DNA from: a virus
Taxonomy: Duplodnaviria > Caudoviricetes
DNA length: 54,093 nt
IMG/VR virus record: IMGVR_UViG_3300037188_000011
Coordinates: 1 to 54,093 of that record
Strand: one strand, 5' to 3'
Below, piece after piece: positions 9,868-18,262 of this stretch; the stretch's first letter is position 1, and every line of letters begins with the position of its first letter. Both the position numbers and the translations under genes were made by a program. The notes below the pieces were generated by a model. That model was not told where the DNA came from and did not search any database. It saw nothing but the letters and a program-made list of their open reading frames with translations.

Positions 9868-10365
9868 ATGCCTGAAATCACCATCCGATTTGTTCGGCAC
9901 AAAGGCATCGCCACCGATCTGATCAGTTGGCGTGAAGGCGTCTGCATGCCGTTCACACCGTCGCATGCGGAATGCGTGACGCCCGAGGGAACGTGCATCG
10001 GCGAGTTCGGTTTCGGTGGCATGACCGAACATCCCGCGGGCTACGACCACGACAGCCTCGACACATTGCCGGACGGTCGCCTTTGCGAATGCATGGTCCC
10101 TCTGTCGGTTTCTCAAGATCAGCATGACTTGTTTTACGCCAAGGTTCGGGAATCAATCGGCCAGGGATATGATTGGTGGGCGATACCTGGTTTCGTTCTG
10201 CCTGGGCATCACCATGAGATGGGAACGGCTTTTTGTTCGGCGAAGATGTTCCTGCTGCTGCGTGTCGTGGATTATTTCAAATGGCCGATCGTGGTGCCGG
10301 CGCACTTGGTCAACCCTCGCGATCTGATGTTGCTGCTATCCGTAATGGTTGAGATCCCGCATTGA
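9868..10365 (+). CDS. Permuted papain-like (NlpC/P60, YiiX-type) amidase/peptidase
   Basis: His motif PSHAE precedes G.GYDW and the Cys motif FCS, the order seen in permuted NlpC/P60 enzymes. Confidence 0.65.
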   Translation: MPEITIRFVRHKGIATDLISWREGVCMPFTPSHAECVTPEGTCIGEFGFGGMTEHPAGYDHDSLDTLPDGRLCECMVPLSVSQDQHDLFYAKVRESIGQGYDWWAIPGFVLPGHHHEMGTAFCSAKMFLLLRVVDYFKWPIVVPAHLVNPRDLMLLLSVMVEIPH

Positions 10366-10425
10366 TCCCGCTGAGTCGGCGTGGAGAACGCAAATGTTCG
10401 TTGCGCAGATGACCAGGTGATTGTG

Positions 10426-10722
10426 ATGCTGGAAACCTTCATGGCAGCGCTTAACTTCAACCTGCAAGATTTGATTGCTGGATTTGCCGGCGGTGTTGCG
10501 GCATCCTGCGCACTGGAAAAGCCCGACCCGTGGCATGTGATAGTCAGCGTCATCGGCGGCGGGATATTCGGGGCCTATTTTGCCGGGCCGGCGAGCGGAG
10601 TCATGGAACATATTCTGGGCAGTTCTGTTCCCCATACCGCAGCCGCTTGCGCTGTGGGCGTCGTCGCGATGCCCCTCGCCAAGGCTTGGATCACTGCGGT
10701 GATGAAAAGGTACGCAAAATGA
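10426..10722 (+). CDS. Putative holin (2-3 TM)
   Basis: DLIAGFAGGV, two further hydrophobic segments and a basic C-terminus. Confidence 0.6.
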   Translation: MLETFMAALNFNLQDLIAGFAGGVAASCALEKPDPWHVIVSVIGGGIFGAYFAGPASGVMEHILGSSVPHTAAACAVGVVAMPLAKAWITAVMKRYAK

Positions 10723-11078
10723 TCGTTCTCCAGATTTACAACATGATGGCCGTCCCGGGGATCTTCCTGATCTTGTATGTGGCGTTCAAATCAGAGTCCG
10801 ACCCATCCTGCAGCGAGGATGCCCGCGGGCTGCGGTGGGCGCGCCGAGCCGCGTTCATCGTGACCGATCTGGCGCTGTGCATCACGGTGATATTCAAGAT
10901 GGCCCCATGTTCAATGGCGCTACTCGTTGGCACCGCGCTTTTGATCCTCGCGGTCAATGCGGTCGTACTATCTCGACGCCAGCAATATCCGCCAGGATAC
11001 CGCGCCGCGCGAAACCCGATACCTCATGCCGGCGTGTTCAACATCGCTGAACGAGCTCGGGCCCGGAGGCCCTTCTGA
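10719..11078 (+). CDS. Small multi-TM membrane protein
   Basis: ATGA coupling to the holin candidate; three hydrophobic segments. Confidence 0.55.
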   Translation: MIVLQIYNMMAVPGIFLILYVAFKSESDPSCSEDARGLRWARRAAFIVTDLALCITVIFKMAPCSMALLVGTALLILAVNAVVLSRRQQYPPGYRAARNPIPHAGVFNIAERARARRPF

Positions 11079-11082
11079 GGCC

Positions 11083-11715
11083 ATGGCGGGGGCCGACAGA
11101 AGCGGGGACAACGACGATCTCCTGAGGGAGATTGATCGCCGGATTGATCGGATCGATGCTCTATCTAAGGAACGCCTTGACGCGGCGAAAGAACTGACGG
11201 AATCGAAGTTCAACGCCGCGCTCAATGCGGTTAACGTCGCAGCGCAAGCAACTGACAAGCGCTTTGATGGCGTCAACGAGTTCCGCCAAACGCTTACGGA
11301 TCAGAACTCAACATTCGTCCGGACGATCGAATACAACGCCCAATATAAGGCGCTTGGCGATAAGGTCGACCTTCTAAGCCGAACGAACCCCAGCGTGGCG
11401 ATCGGAACAGTTGCTATCCTGATCGGCGTCATCGGAGCTCTTATCACTGGCGCCATCAAGGTCGGAAGCCTGCAGACCCAGATCGAGATCAACACCGCCC
11501 AACTTGCCTTGATGAAGGTGAATGAGGACGCCCGGCTGCTCCAGCATGCGGAAGAGAACGTAGAGCGCGGCAACTTCCAAACCCGGCAGACGCTCAATGA
11601 AAAACAAATCGAGCAGTTGCAGAATGACGATCGCGAAAAGCTTCCGACCCTGCAGTCCCTCGTTGAGCGGATATCGAAGCTCGAAGTCGAAATGAAAAGC
11701 AGCGGGGGGAAATAG
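11083..11715 (+). CDS. Coiled-coil / TM / coiled-coil membrane protein
   Basis: TM segment VAIGTVAILIGVIGALITGAI flanked by heptad-rich regions. Confidence 0.6.
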   Translation: MAGADRSGDNDDLLREIDRRIDRIDALSKERLDAAKELTESKFNAALNAVNVAAQATDKRFDGVNEFRQTLTDQNSTFVRTIEYNAQYKALGDKVDLLSRTNPSVAIGTVAILIGVIGALITGAIKVGSLQTQIEINTAQLALMKVNEDARLLQHAEENVERGNFQTRQTLNEKQIEQLQNDDREKLPTLQSLVERISKLEVEMKSSGGK

Positions 11716-11716
11716 C

Positions 11717-11938
11717 ATGTCGCAATCCGTCATCGTCAGATGCACCGCGGCGGTTGATCTGGCGGATGGAAAGACGATCAGCCATCTTGCTGGTGATCCG
11801 ACAGAGAAGCTCAACGGGGAGCATATCATATCGAGCCTGCGGCGATCGACCGTCGATCTGATCGTTGGGAAATGCTATCTGGTCACATTCGAGGAAATCA
11901 CTTCCCCAGCCGATCCGGCTCAACCCGCGGAATCTTGA
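11717..11938 (+). CDS. Hypothetical protein
   Basis: RBS GGGGGA; follows the previous gene directly. Confidence 0.5.
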   Translation: MSQSVIVRCTAAVDLADGKTISHLAGDPTEKLNGEHIISSLRRSTVDLIVGKCYLVTFEEITSPADPAQPAES

Positions 11939-12053
11939 TCCCTCGGCGCCGATACCATGTCCGGCGGGATATGCCTTCTGTCTGCCAGGGGCGCGGGCCG
12001 GTGATCTTGGGGCGGCCTCGGCCGCGCTTCGAGGCTGGTTTGGCCTTCTTCAT
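11898..12053 (-). CDS. Small basic DNA-binding protein
   Basis: Own RBS GAGGA; RGRGRPK AT-hook-like motif and RPWQTEGISRRTWYRR HTH-like motif. Confidence 0.6.
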   Translation of the reverse strand: MKKAKPASKRGRGRPKITGPRPWQTEGISRRTWYRRRGIKIPRVEPDRLGK

Positions 12054-12344
12054 GACGGATTCCTCACCATTGAGAGCAGCAAATCCCGGAATGGAAGCGG
12101 TGTTGCCGCTCTGATTCGCGATTTGTCTTTGCCGCCGATCATGGCGGACATCCCGATACGACTCGTATTGATGCGGCTTGCGCGGCGAGCCGTGCCAATA
12201 GCGGCCCCACCGCTCGCATGGCGGGTGCGCTATAACGGGATGCGGTCCGCGGTAAAACCGGGCATCCCGCGCGAGGTCCCAGACATCGACGTCGGGGAGA
12301 CCCGCATAGCAGCCGGCGCCATCGACAAACAATGCGGCGATCAT
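12054..12344 (-). pseudogene. Truncated methyltransferase-like phage gene, in frame with the HTH gene
   Basis: MIAALFV...DVWD..RDAR.Y.GP.PVIAHPPC.RWG N-terminus; similarity seems to end after about 60 aa. Confidence 0.45.
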
Positions 12345-12565
12345 ATCGATGCGATCAGATATCCGGCCACGGGACCGGGGCGCAGATCGCGCTCATAAAC
12401 GAACTGGCGGCGCTTCCCGATCTGGAAAGAAAACCCGCGACCAAGCGGCGCGTCGTCAACGATGTGATGCAATACGGCTTTCTTGACCCGCTCCTCGCTC
12501 ATGATTTCAAGGCGGTAAGTTGCGCCTTCGCTCAGAACCGGCAGGGTTGCGATTTCCGTCGTCAT
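12341..12565 (-). CDS. Hypothetical protein
   Basis: MTTEIATL... start; stop overlaps the next ATG. Confidence 0.45.
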   Translation of the reverse strand: MTTEIATLPVLSEGATYRLEIMSEERVKKAVLHHIVDDAPLGRGFSFQIGKRRQFVYERDLRPGPVAGYLIASI

Positions 12566-12569
12566 GGGC

Positions 12570-12827
12570 TCAAATCCGGTTTTCGTAAATGAGCGTGCTG
12601 ATATCACCACCCGAGACGCTGGCCTTTTTCTCGGCAACCGACTGGCTCCAGATACGGCCATTGTATGAAATGCTGCCGATGACCTTGCCGTCCTGTTTGA
12701 CGTTGACAGGGCGGAATGTCGATCCGCCTTCGCCGCTCTCATCCCGAATGCGGCAGTAGGCCTTGCTGATGACGGACAATTCGTCGGAAACGATGATGTT
12801 GCCCCGGATTTTCGCTGTATAAGCCAT
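12570..12827 (-). CDS. Hypothetical protein
   Basis: RBS AGGGAG; contains a G.ISYNGRIW motif seen in phage accessory proteins. Confidence 0.6.
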   Translation of the reverse strand: MAYTAKIRGNIIVSDELSVISKAYCRIRDESGEGGSTFRPVNVKQDGKVIGSISYNGRIWSQSVAEKKASVSGGDISTLIYENRI

Positions 12828-12847
12828 GTCAATCTCCCTGTTCGACG

Positions 12848-12918
12848 GATTATTTGTGCCACGAATTTCGGTGCCATGCAACGATTATTTGTGCCAAAAC
12901 CAAATTATTTTTGTGCCA
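12848..12918. promoter_or_regulatory. Four GTGCCA direct repeats (operator array)
   Basis: GTGCCA at 12856, 12871, 12891 and 12913; GATTATTTGTGCCA occurs twice exactly. Confidence 0.6.
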
Positions 12919-12932
12919 CCCGGTTCCAGCAC

Positions 12933-12957
12933 GGAACCTTCCCGGCCTAGCCGGGTT
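12933..12957 (+). promoter_or_regulatory. EcfG/sigmaT general-stress-type promoter
   Basis: GGAAC-N16-GGTT, 27 bp upstream of ATG 12985. Confidence 0.55.
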
Positions 12958-12984
12958 GCCACAGTTCACCGGGAGGACCGCGCT

Positions 12985-13206
12985 ATGGTCGGACTTGCAA
13001 TCAGCATTTTATGGCTTGCCATCGGGATTATCGTGGTCTGCGGCTGCATCTGGCTTCTGCTCTATGCGATCAAGATGTTCATCCCGATCCCGGTCCGAAT
13101 CGAGCAGTTGGTATGGGTCATAGTTTTGATTCTCTGCCTGATTTACGCGCTGACGCTGCTCGCGGGAGGTGGCGGCGCCGTTACTCCCTTTCACCTACAG
13201 CGGTAA
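12985..13206 (+). CDS. Small two-TM membrane protein
   Basis: RBS GGGAGG; two long hydrophobic helices joined by IPIP. Confidence 0.7.
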   Translation: MVGLAISILWLAIGIIVVCGCIWLLLYAIKMFIPIPVRIEQLVWVIVLILCLIYALTLLAGGGGAVTPFHLQR

Positions 13207-13309
13207 TTCGCAGTTCGATGCGCTCCCGCCGGCGGAACCATTCCATCCCGGCGTCTGCCGGGGCTGCTGAGGCCCTTGCAAATCCCGGTTCCGTCATGTA
13301 GACAATTTT

Positions 13310-13359
13310 CTGTTAACCTCCCAAACTTCGGGCGCTCCTTGCGGGGCGCCCTTTTCTTT
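13310..13359 (+). ncRNA. Candidate anti-Shine-Dalgarno sRNA (suhB/alpha-r8-like)
   Basis: TTGCAA-N17-TAGACA upstream; ACCTCCCAAACTT seed followed by a 9-bp GC hairpin and TTTTCTTT. Confidence 0.5.
13330..13359 (+). terminator. Rho-independent terminator
   Basis: GGGCGCTCC-TTGC-GGGGCGCCC followed by TTTTCTTT. Confidence 0.75.
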
Positions 13360-13412
13360 GGGCATGGAACTGTCCCCGCGGCGCGGACGTACCGCCGCCG
13401 GGATGGGCAAAG

Positions 13413-13448
13413 AACAGGCCCCGCCGGGAACGCCCTGCGGGGCCTGTT
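13413..13448. terminator. Probably bidirectional terminator hairpin
   Basis: AACAGGCCCCGC...GCGGGGCCTGTT, a 12-bp stem downstream of the leftward early arm. Confidence 0.65.
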
Positions 13449-13531
13449 TCGTTTCGGAAGGGCCGGAGTAGCGGCCGGGGCGGAATAATCGCTCGGCGAC
13501 CCTCCGCCGGGCGCCGGACAGGACTTCCAGA

Positions 13532-13846
13532 CTAATCCTTCACCGGATCTTTGGGTTCCGGCCCCTTTGGGATCGTTTTCTCCTTCGATTTCTCCATCCT
13601 GGCGGCGGCATCCTGATCGTTCAGTTGCCTTTGCAGATCCGTCAGCACCGGGGCCGCAGCCTCGTAAGGGAGTTTCATGACGCCTTGACCGATTAACTGG
13701 AGGGTCGCGCGACTCACCGTAAGTTTGATGGGATCCGGAAACTTGATCTCCGCGGAAGGGGTCGAAGGTGCGGGCGTCGACGGCGTCTGCGCAATTGCGG
13801 GGCCAATTCCGGCGATGAATAAGATCGTGAAAAAAAAGCGTCGCAT
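13532..13846 (-). CDS. Small secreted protein
   Basis: RBS GGAG; signal peptide MRRFFFTILFIAGIGPAIA|QT. Confidence 0.65.
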   Translation of the reverse strand: MRRFFFTILFIAGIGPAIAQTPSTPAPSTPSAEIKFPDPIKLTVSRATLQLIGQGVMKLPYEAAAPVLTDLQRQLNDQDAAARMEKSKEKTIPKGPEPKDPVKD

Positions 13847-13863
13847 CTGTCGTTGTCTCCTGG

Positions 13864-14555
13864 TTATGCTGCTGCCCGCAGCGGGGATGGAAACTGGCGG
13901 ATCATCAAATCGAACGGGATCGGGATGTTTCGCGGGTTCGTGCCTGACATCTGTTTCATGAAGAAAGCGACGGCGAACCGCTCGCATTCATCCATGATCC
14001 GGTATGCCCATGACTGGTTCATTGTGCGGTGCCCCTGCCCGCTTTCGCCGCCGCAAATCAGCCAGTCCGGCTTTTCCTCAAATCCATCAGTATCGGCCAA
14101 CGGCGATCATAGGCGGCCTGATCCTCGCATGTCGTTCCGAGCCAAACATTATCGCGGCCATTCCTCCAATTCGTCGGCAACATTTTGGCAACATTTTCGG
14201 GACGCTTCGTAAGCAGGAGCCAGTCCAGTTCCTCTGTCGCATCGATCAAATCAAATAGATCAATCCGCCACGATTGATCCACCTGATTATCGAACACGTC
14301 CGCCAGCGACGAACAAAACACTTTCGGACGCCGCCCGCTGGCTCGCGCCGCCTTCGCCCATCGGAACGGCAGTTTCCAATTTGCCTCGCTGGTGCGCTTC
14401 CGCTCGCCGTGCGGTCCCCATTCGACCTTGTGATACCGTTTGTCCATCAATGTCTCGGCATAGCAATTGTCGCAGCCAGCCGAGACCTTTTGGCAGCCAA
14501 TCCATCCGTTAAAAGTGTGATCACACCAAGCGATCTCAGTTTTCTCGCCCATCAA
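13864..14555 (-). pseudogene. Phage Gp37/Gp68 (DUF5131, radical-SAM-like) gene broken by an internal deletion/frameshift
   Basis: The N part has GCQKVSAGCDNCYAE, FCSSLADVF and LLTKRP; DWLICGGESG and FFMKQ are in another frame; the intervening S.EPLL segment is missing. Confidence 0.75.
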
Positions 14556-14660
14556 ATAGACTCCTTGATTGCCATCACGATCCCGACGACCACCAGGATG
14601 ATCGGAGATAGGTGGAAGAAATTAGCCATCGCGTTTTCAACAGTCATGGCGATTTCCTCT

Positions 14661-14771
14661 TCATGATCGAGTTGCCGCTTGTATGCTGTTCATCGTGCCA
14701 CGGCAAATCAACTTGCAGAATTTTCCCTTCCGGCCTTGGCGGTTCCAGCGATAGACATAGGGGAAAGTCAT
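14661..14771 (-). pseudogene. Truncated small phage gene (MTFPYVYRWNRQGRKGKFCKLICRGTMNS...)
   Basis: Translated by hand, 36 aa; coupled to the upstream stop; appears C-terminally cut. Confidence 0.35.
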
Positions 14772-14977
14772 ATCGCCTCCAGCCTTGCGCGAACGAAGGG
14801 CTCCGTCTGCTGAAATACGACCGCGACACCGCCGGACCGCTGCCGCGGATAGAGCCTGACATATTGCTCGGTTCGGACGAAGGTTGCATCAGCATGCCGG
14901 ATCACGAAACAGGACTCCGGGACCTGGAGCTTTCCGATTCGGCGGTCGACCTCATCGACCAGGACGGCGGTCTTCAT
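14768..14977 (-). CDS. Hypothetical protein
   Basis: ATGA-coupled at both ends (MKTAVLVDEV...). Confidence 0.45.
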   Translation of the reverse strand: MKTAVLVDEVDRRIGKLQVPESCFVIRHADATFVRTEQYVRLYPRQRSGGVAVVFQQTEPFVRARLEAI

Positions 14978-15438
14978 GCCTTCTTCCTCTCGAATTTCCG
15001 CGATGCCCATTTGAACTTGCGTTTCGGCTTCGGGTTCTCAATGCGGCGCTGTTTCTTGATCAGGACTCGGTCCGGGTGCTGGCCGTGGTCGCCCCTCACG
15101 TTAGTTTTTATGAGATGGCTTCCGGCGTGCTCCGGGCCGTGCGGCCGATAGGCCAGATGCTGGGGACTGTTGGCCTCCGGGATGTAATGGGTCTTCCCAG
15201 TGGTTGACCATACCGATTTCGCGCGCGCGCCAAGGGCAGGATCGTGATCAAGGCGTAATTCATCGACACGGCATCCGATCTGCTTTGCCAGATGCGTAAG
15301 CAAGAGGCTAAGTCGCAACCAAAGCGGCTTCTCTGGAACATTCAAAAAGTTGAATGTCGGCGATCCGTGCGCGATCTGCCTGCGGGCAACCTCGCATTTG
15401 ACTGACAGAGGAATCGCAGGTCTATAAAGTCGCGGCAT
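14974..15438 (-). CDS. Degenerate HNH-like protein
   Basis: DHDPAL..R...PEAN.P..L...H..KT pattern with a basic tail. Confidence 0.5.
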   Translation of the reverse strand: MPRLYRPAIPLSVKCEVARRQIAHGSPTFNFLNVPEKPLWLRLSLLLTHLAKQIGCRVDELRLDHDPALGARAKSVWSTTGKTHYIPEANSPQHLAYRPHGPEHAGSHLIKTNVRGDHGQHPDRVLIKKQRRIENPKPKRKFKWASRKFERKKA

Positions 15439-15683
15439 CAGCGTTCACACCAATCGTAAGGCGGTTCCTGCCCGCAGTTGTCGCAATAGTGGCATCGCTC
15501 GTGCCGATCATGGACGTAATCGTGATCGGGGCAGTCCGGCGGGCACCATGTCTGCCTAATCAAGTAGGCCCAGATGCCGCGCGGGTCGTACATGAGGACA
15601 TTGGCGCTCGATCCGCAGACACGGCAGCGCGACATCATGCGCGCGGTGACGTCGTGGAGCCAATCGCGAAGGCGCCGGATCAT
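15438..15683 (-). CDS. Cys/His-rich putative Zn-binding protein
   Basis: CRVC, CPPDCPDH and HYCDNC motifs. Confidence 0.5.
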   Translation of the reverse strand: MIRRLRDWLHDVTARMMSRCRVCGSSANVLMYDPRGIWAYLIRQTWCPPDCPDHDYVHDRHERCHYCDNCGQEPPYDWCER

Positions 15684-15850
15684 CGGCCGCGCTTCCGCGG
15701 CTTGGTCACCGGCTTGATCTTCTCGATCGTTTTCCGGAGGTCAGCCTTCGACGGCTTCTTTACCCTTGATGCTTTGTCCTCCCGCATGGCGCGGAGGGCA
15801 GTTTCTTTCGGTCCTGGAATTGACGACACTTTTATCTCCTTCGTTTGAGG

Positions 15851-16063
15851 TTACGGGAAAATGAAACCCGATTCGGCGTTGCCGTCCTGCTGAAGGCGCA
15901 ATCCCCAGAAGACGCCGAGCGGGTCAACGCAGCAGACGCGCGCATGCTTAGCGAGCAACCGTTCGACACGGCCCATCGCATTGTAGCTCTTGCCGGAACC
16001 GGCCGTCCCGACAAACCCAAGACGGTCATCAAGCGCAGCATCTGGAATCGGTTGTTTCGTCAT
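15851..16063 (-). pseudogene. N-terminal fragment of a HerA/DUF87-like ATPase
   Basis: Walker A GTAGSGKS and VDPLGVFWGLR, then a stop after 70 aa. Confidence 0.65.
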
Positions 16064-16395
16064 TCGGCTGAGACCTCTCCAAAATTTTCCAACGCCTGGG
16101 TGATGATCGGCCATTTGCTGATCACCACGGTGGCAACCTGCGCCATCCGTTCAACGTCGTAATAGCCGAGTTCCGTCTTGGACTGGACCATGCGTTCCAT
16201 GGAGCGACTCAGATCGCCCAGCGCATTGTTGCGGGGGAGTTCAAGCCGCCCCTGCAGATCGGCCGCGATTGATTTCAGGATATCGTAATGGCGCTGTGCG
16301 GCGGACCCCGGCGGGCGTGCGACCGATCGCTGTGCGACGATCTCAGCGCGGACAGCGGCGAGTTTTTCCTCAATGGTGAATAGCTTGAGCGCCAT
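16060..16395 (-). CDS. Hypothetical protein
   Basis: Translationally coupled to both neighbours (MALKLFTIEEKLAAV...). Confidence 0.55.
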   Translation of the reverse strand: MALKLFTIEEKLAAVRAEIVAQRSVARPPGSAAQRHYDILKSIAADLQGRLELPRNNALGDLSRSMERMVQSKTELGYYDVERMAQVATVVISKWPIITQALENFGEVSAE

Positions 16396-16733
16396 CAGAT
16401 GGTCCCTGTCGGTTGCCGGCAAACCCATACGATGGCATCGACACCGCTTTCGTTCGGGCGGCGGCGCGTGGTCGGCATGATCTCTTTCAACGCCAGAAGC
16501 TCGGAACACCTCGGCCGAACGCTGAACGGAGATTTCCCGATCTTGGCCGCAACATCATCCGCGGTCAGCCCCGCCGGCCAAGCGACCTGAAATGCGAGCA
16601 AGACTTGATCGCGGATTGTCTTGGCGCGCGGCGCGATCTTGGCGGCGGCATCGCGGGATGTCGTCGGTTCGGTCCATCCCGGTGATTGCGGGTATCCGGG
16701 CGGCGGGGTCCAGTCGAAAAGGTCACTGATCAT
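16395..16733 (-). CDS. Winged-helix DNA-binding protein
   Basis: TS.DAA..I, GLTADDVA and SVRPRCSEL motifs. Confidence 0.7.
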   Translation of the reverse strand: MISDLFDWTPPPGYPQSPGWTEPTTSRDAAAKIAPRAKTIRDQVLLAFQVAWPAGLTADDVAAKIGKSPFSVRPRCSELLALKEIMPTTRRRPNESGVDAIVWVCRQPTGTI

Positions 16734-16967
16734 GGGTTGCACATGTATCCTGACTGAGCGATGCGTAATTATGTTTTGAGCAAGCGACTCCACTCATAGC
16801 TCGGCATCCAGCATGTAAGATTCCAGCAAGCGGGGTTCGGTAAGGGCCATCCCAAGCGCTGCCTCGACCCATAGGGAGACGCAGACGCCCATCTCGTTGG
16901 GCGGCCTTACGGACCTGGTGCTTGATCTCCGGCGGGATCTGCACCGACATTGTTGTGAGGGGTAGGG

Positions 16968-17324
16968 TCATAGGTACATGAACTCCCGCTTGAAGTGTTT
17001 GGCTGTGACCCACTCGATCGAGCATCCGCCTGAGTATTCCCAGCCCGGAAGAAAGGCGATCGTGGTGCAGCCGCCCTTGATGATGAAAGTGAGATCGTCC
17101 ATCAGCGCGTCTTCCAGAGAGAAGGCGTGATGTTCGATCGCCTGCTTGAGGCAACCTGTGAAATTGCCGACCGAGATGTCCTCGCCGTGGCGCTCGACGT
17201 CGCGCTCCGCCGGGTTGAAGACGAAGTGGCCCTGGCGTCGCAGCATGTAGGCCGCGGCATCGAACGCCGGAAAGTTGAAGAACGGGATGTTGCTCATCGG
17301 TCCCGCCAAATAGATGCGTTTCAT
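16968..17324 (-). CDS. DUF4406 / nucleoside 2-deoxyribosyltransferase-like protein
   Basis: IYLAGPMS..P.FNFPAF, NPAE and LPGWEYSGG..IE motifs. Confidence 0.85.
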   Translation of the reverse strand: MKRIYLAGPMSNIPFFNFPAFDAAAYMLRRQGHFVFNPAERDVERHGEDISVGNFTGCLKQAIEHHAFSLEDALMDDLTFIIKGGCTTIAFLPGWEYSGGCSIEWVTAKHFKREFMYL

Positions 17325-18262
17325 AGTTCCATCTCTCTCAGGGTTTGCGCTTCGACGTCGAGGATCGAGGCGATGACTTCCGCCGCGAGCTGCGGAACGA
17401 TTGAATTGCCCGCAAGGCGCCAGAGACCAATTCGTCCGGCCATCCCATCAACCAGCATGGAAATTCCGGGTTTGGCGCGCCGCGCTTTGCCGTCGTGGCA
17501 GGTGATCCACTCGGCGTCGGACCAGAAGGTGCCGTTGCGTCGGTCGCCGACATCTGTCGTGGCAACTGGTCGATCCGATTGCGGCCGTCCGGCCCGGCGG
17601 TCGACATCCCCGCGCTGTCTTTCCAGTCGCGTGCCGATGGCGTAACCCAGAGGGAGGTACGATCCATCGGCGTGCCCTGCGACAGCTCGACCATCTTGTT
17701 CATGCTGCTGCAGTTGCCGGGTTGGTGGCTGTCCTTGAAGGAGAGCGCACCACCACAACCGGTTCCGTTCGTGTGGCGCGTCGACCGCGCAAGCCGGGAT
17801 ATCGACTGTCCGAGCGGCGATACCTTCTCTCGCCAGATCAGCGCGAACTCCGTCGAACCAACCATAGCCAGCCGCTCCCGCAACCTGCTCTCCCACGAGA
17901 ACAGGAACGTGCTGTCCTGCTGCGCGGGCGGTACGGACGATTCGATATAGGTCCGGCCACAGATGCCTTGCATCATCGGCACCACCTTGCTTGCCTGCGG
18001 CGCTGAACGGCTGGCACGGGCACGAGGCGGTCCAGAGCGGCTTGTCGTCGCTCCAGCCTGCGAGCCGGGCGGCGATGCTCCAGAGGCCGGCACCTGCGAA
18101 GAAATGGCATTGGGTATAGCCTGCGATGTCATCTGAGTTTACGTCCTTGATTGATCTGGAATCGACATCGCCTGCTGCGATCACGTTTGAAGCAATGAGT
18201 TCACGCAGCACTTCGACCGCCTCGGGGTCGATCTCGTTGTAATAGGCGCGTGGTGCGTTCAT
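17321..18262 (-). CDS. C5-cytosine DNA methyltransferase, large polypeptide
   Basis: Motif I HFFAGAG, motif IV CPCQPFS, motif VI EQV, motif VIII PH.R.R and motif X GNSIVPQ; no motif IX in this frame. Confidence 0.85.
   Translation of the reverse strand: MNAPRAYYNEIDPEAVEVLRELIASNVIAAGDVDSRSIKDVNSDDIAGYTQCHFFAGAGLWSIAARLAGWSDDKPLWTASCPCQPFSAAGKQGGADDARHLWPDLYRIVRTARAAGQHVPVLVGEQVAGAAGYGWFDGVRADLAREGIAARTVDIPACAVDAPHERNRLWWCALLQGQPPTRQLQQHEQDGRAVAGHADGSYLPLGYAIGTRLERQRGDVDRRAGRPQSDRPVATTDVGDRRNGTFWSDAEWITCHDGKARRAKPGISMLVDGMAGRIGLWRLAGNSIVPQLAAEVIASILDVEAQTLREMEL
17338..18132 (-). CDS. Nested alternative-frame polypeptide of the C5-MTase (TRD plus motif IX); start uncertain
   Basis: A 264-codon ORF entirely inside the MTase gene, with WVTPSARDWKD and NPEFPCWLMGWP (motif IX-like). 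Confidence 0.65.
   Translation of the reverse strand: MTSQAIPNAISSQVPASGASPPGSQAGATTSRSGPPRARASRSAPQASKVVPMMQGICGRTYIESSVPPAQQDSTFLFSWESRLRERLAMVGSTEFALIWREKVSPLGQSISRLARSTRHTNGTGCGGALSFKDSHQPGNCSSMNKMVELSQGTPMDRTSLWVTPSARDWKDSAGMSTAGPDGRNRIDQLPRQMSATDATAPSGPTPSGSPATTAKRGAPNPEFPCWLMGWPDELVSGALRAIQSFRSSRRKSSPRSSTSKRKP

Noticed and set aside
12848-12918. Sigma54 promoter (TGGCAC)
   Set aside because: No TTGC at the required 5-nt spacing.
13360-13530. tRNA or structured RNA
   Set aside because: No cloverleaf or T-loop consensus; hairpins explained as terminators.
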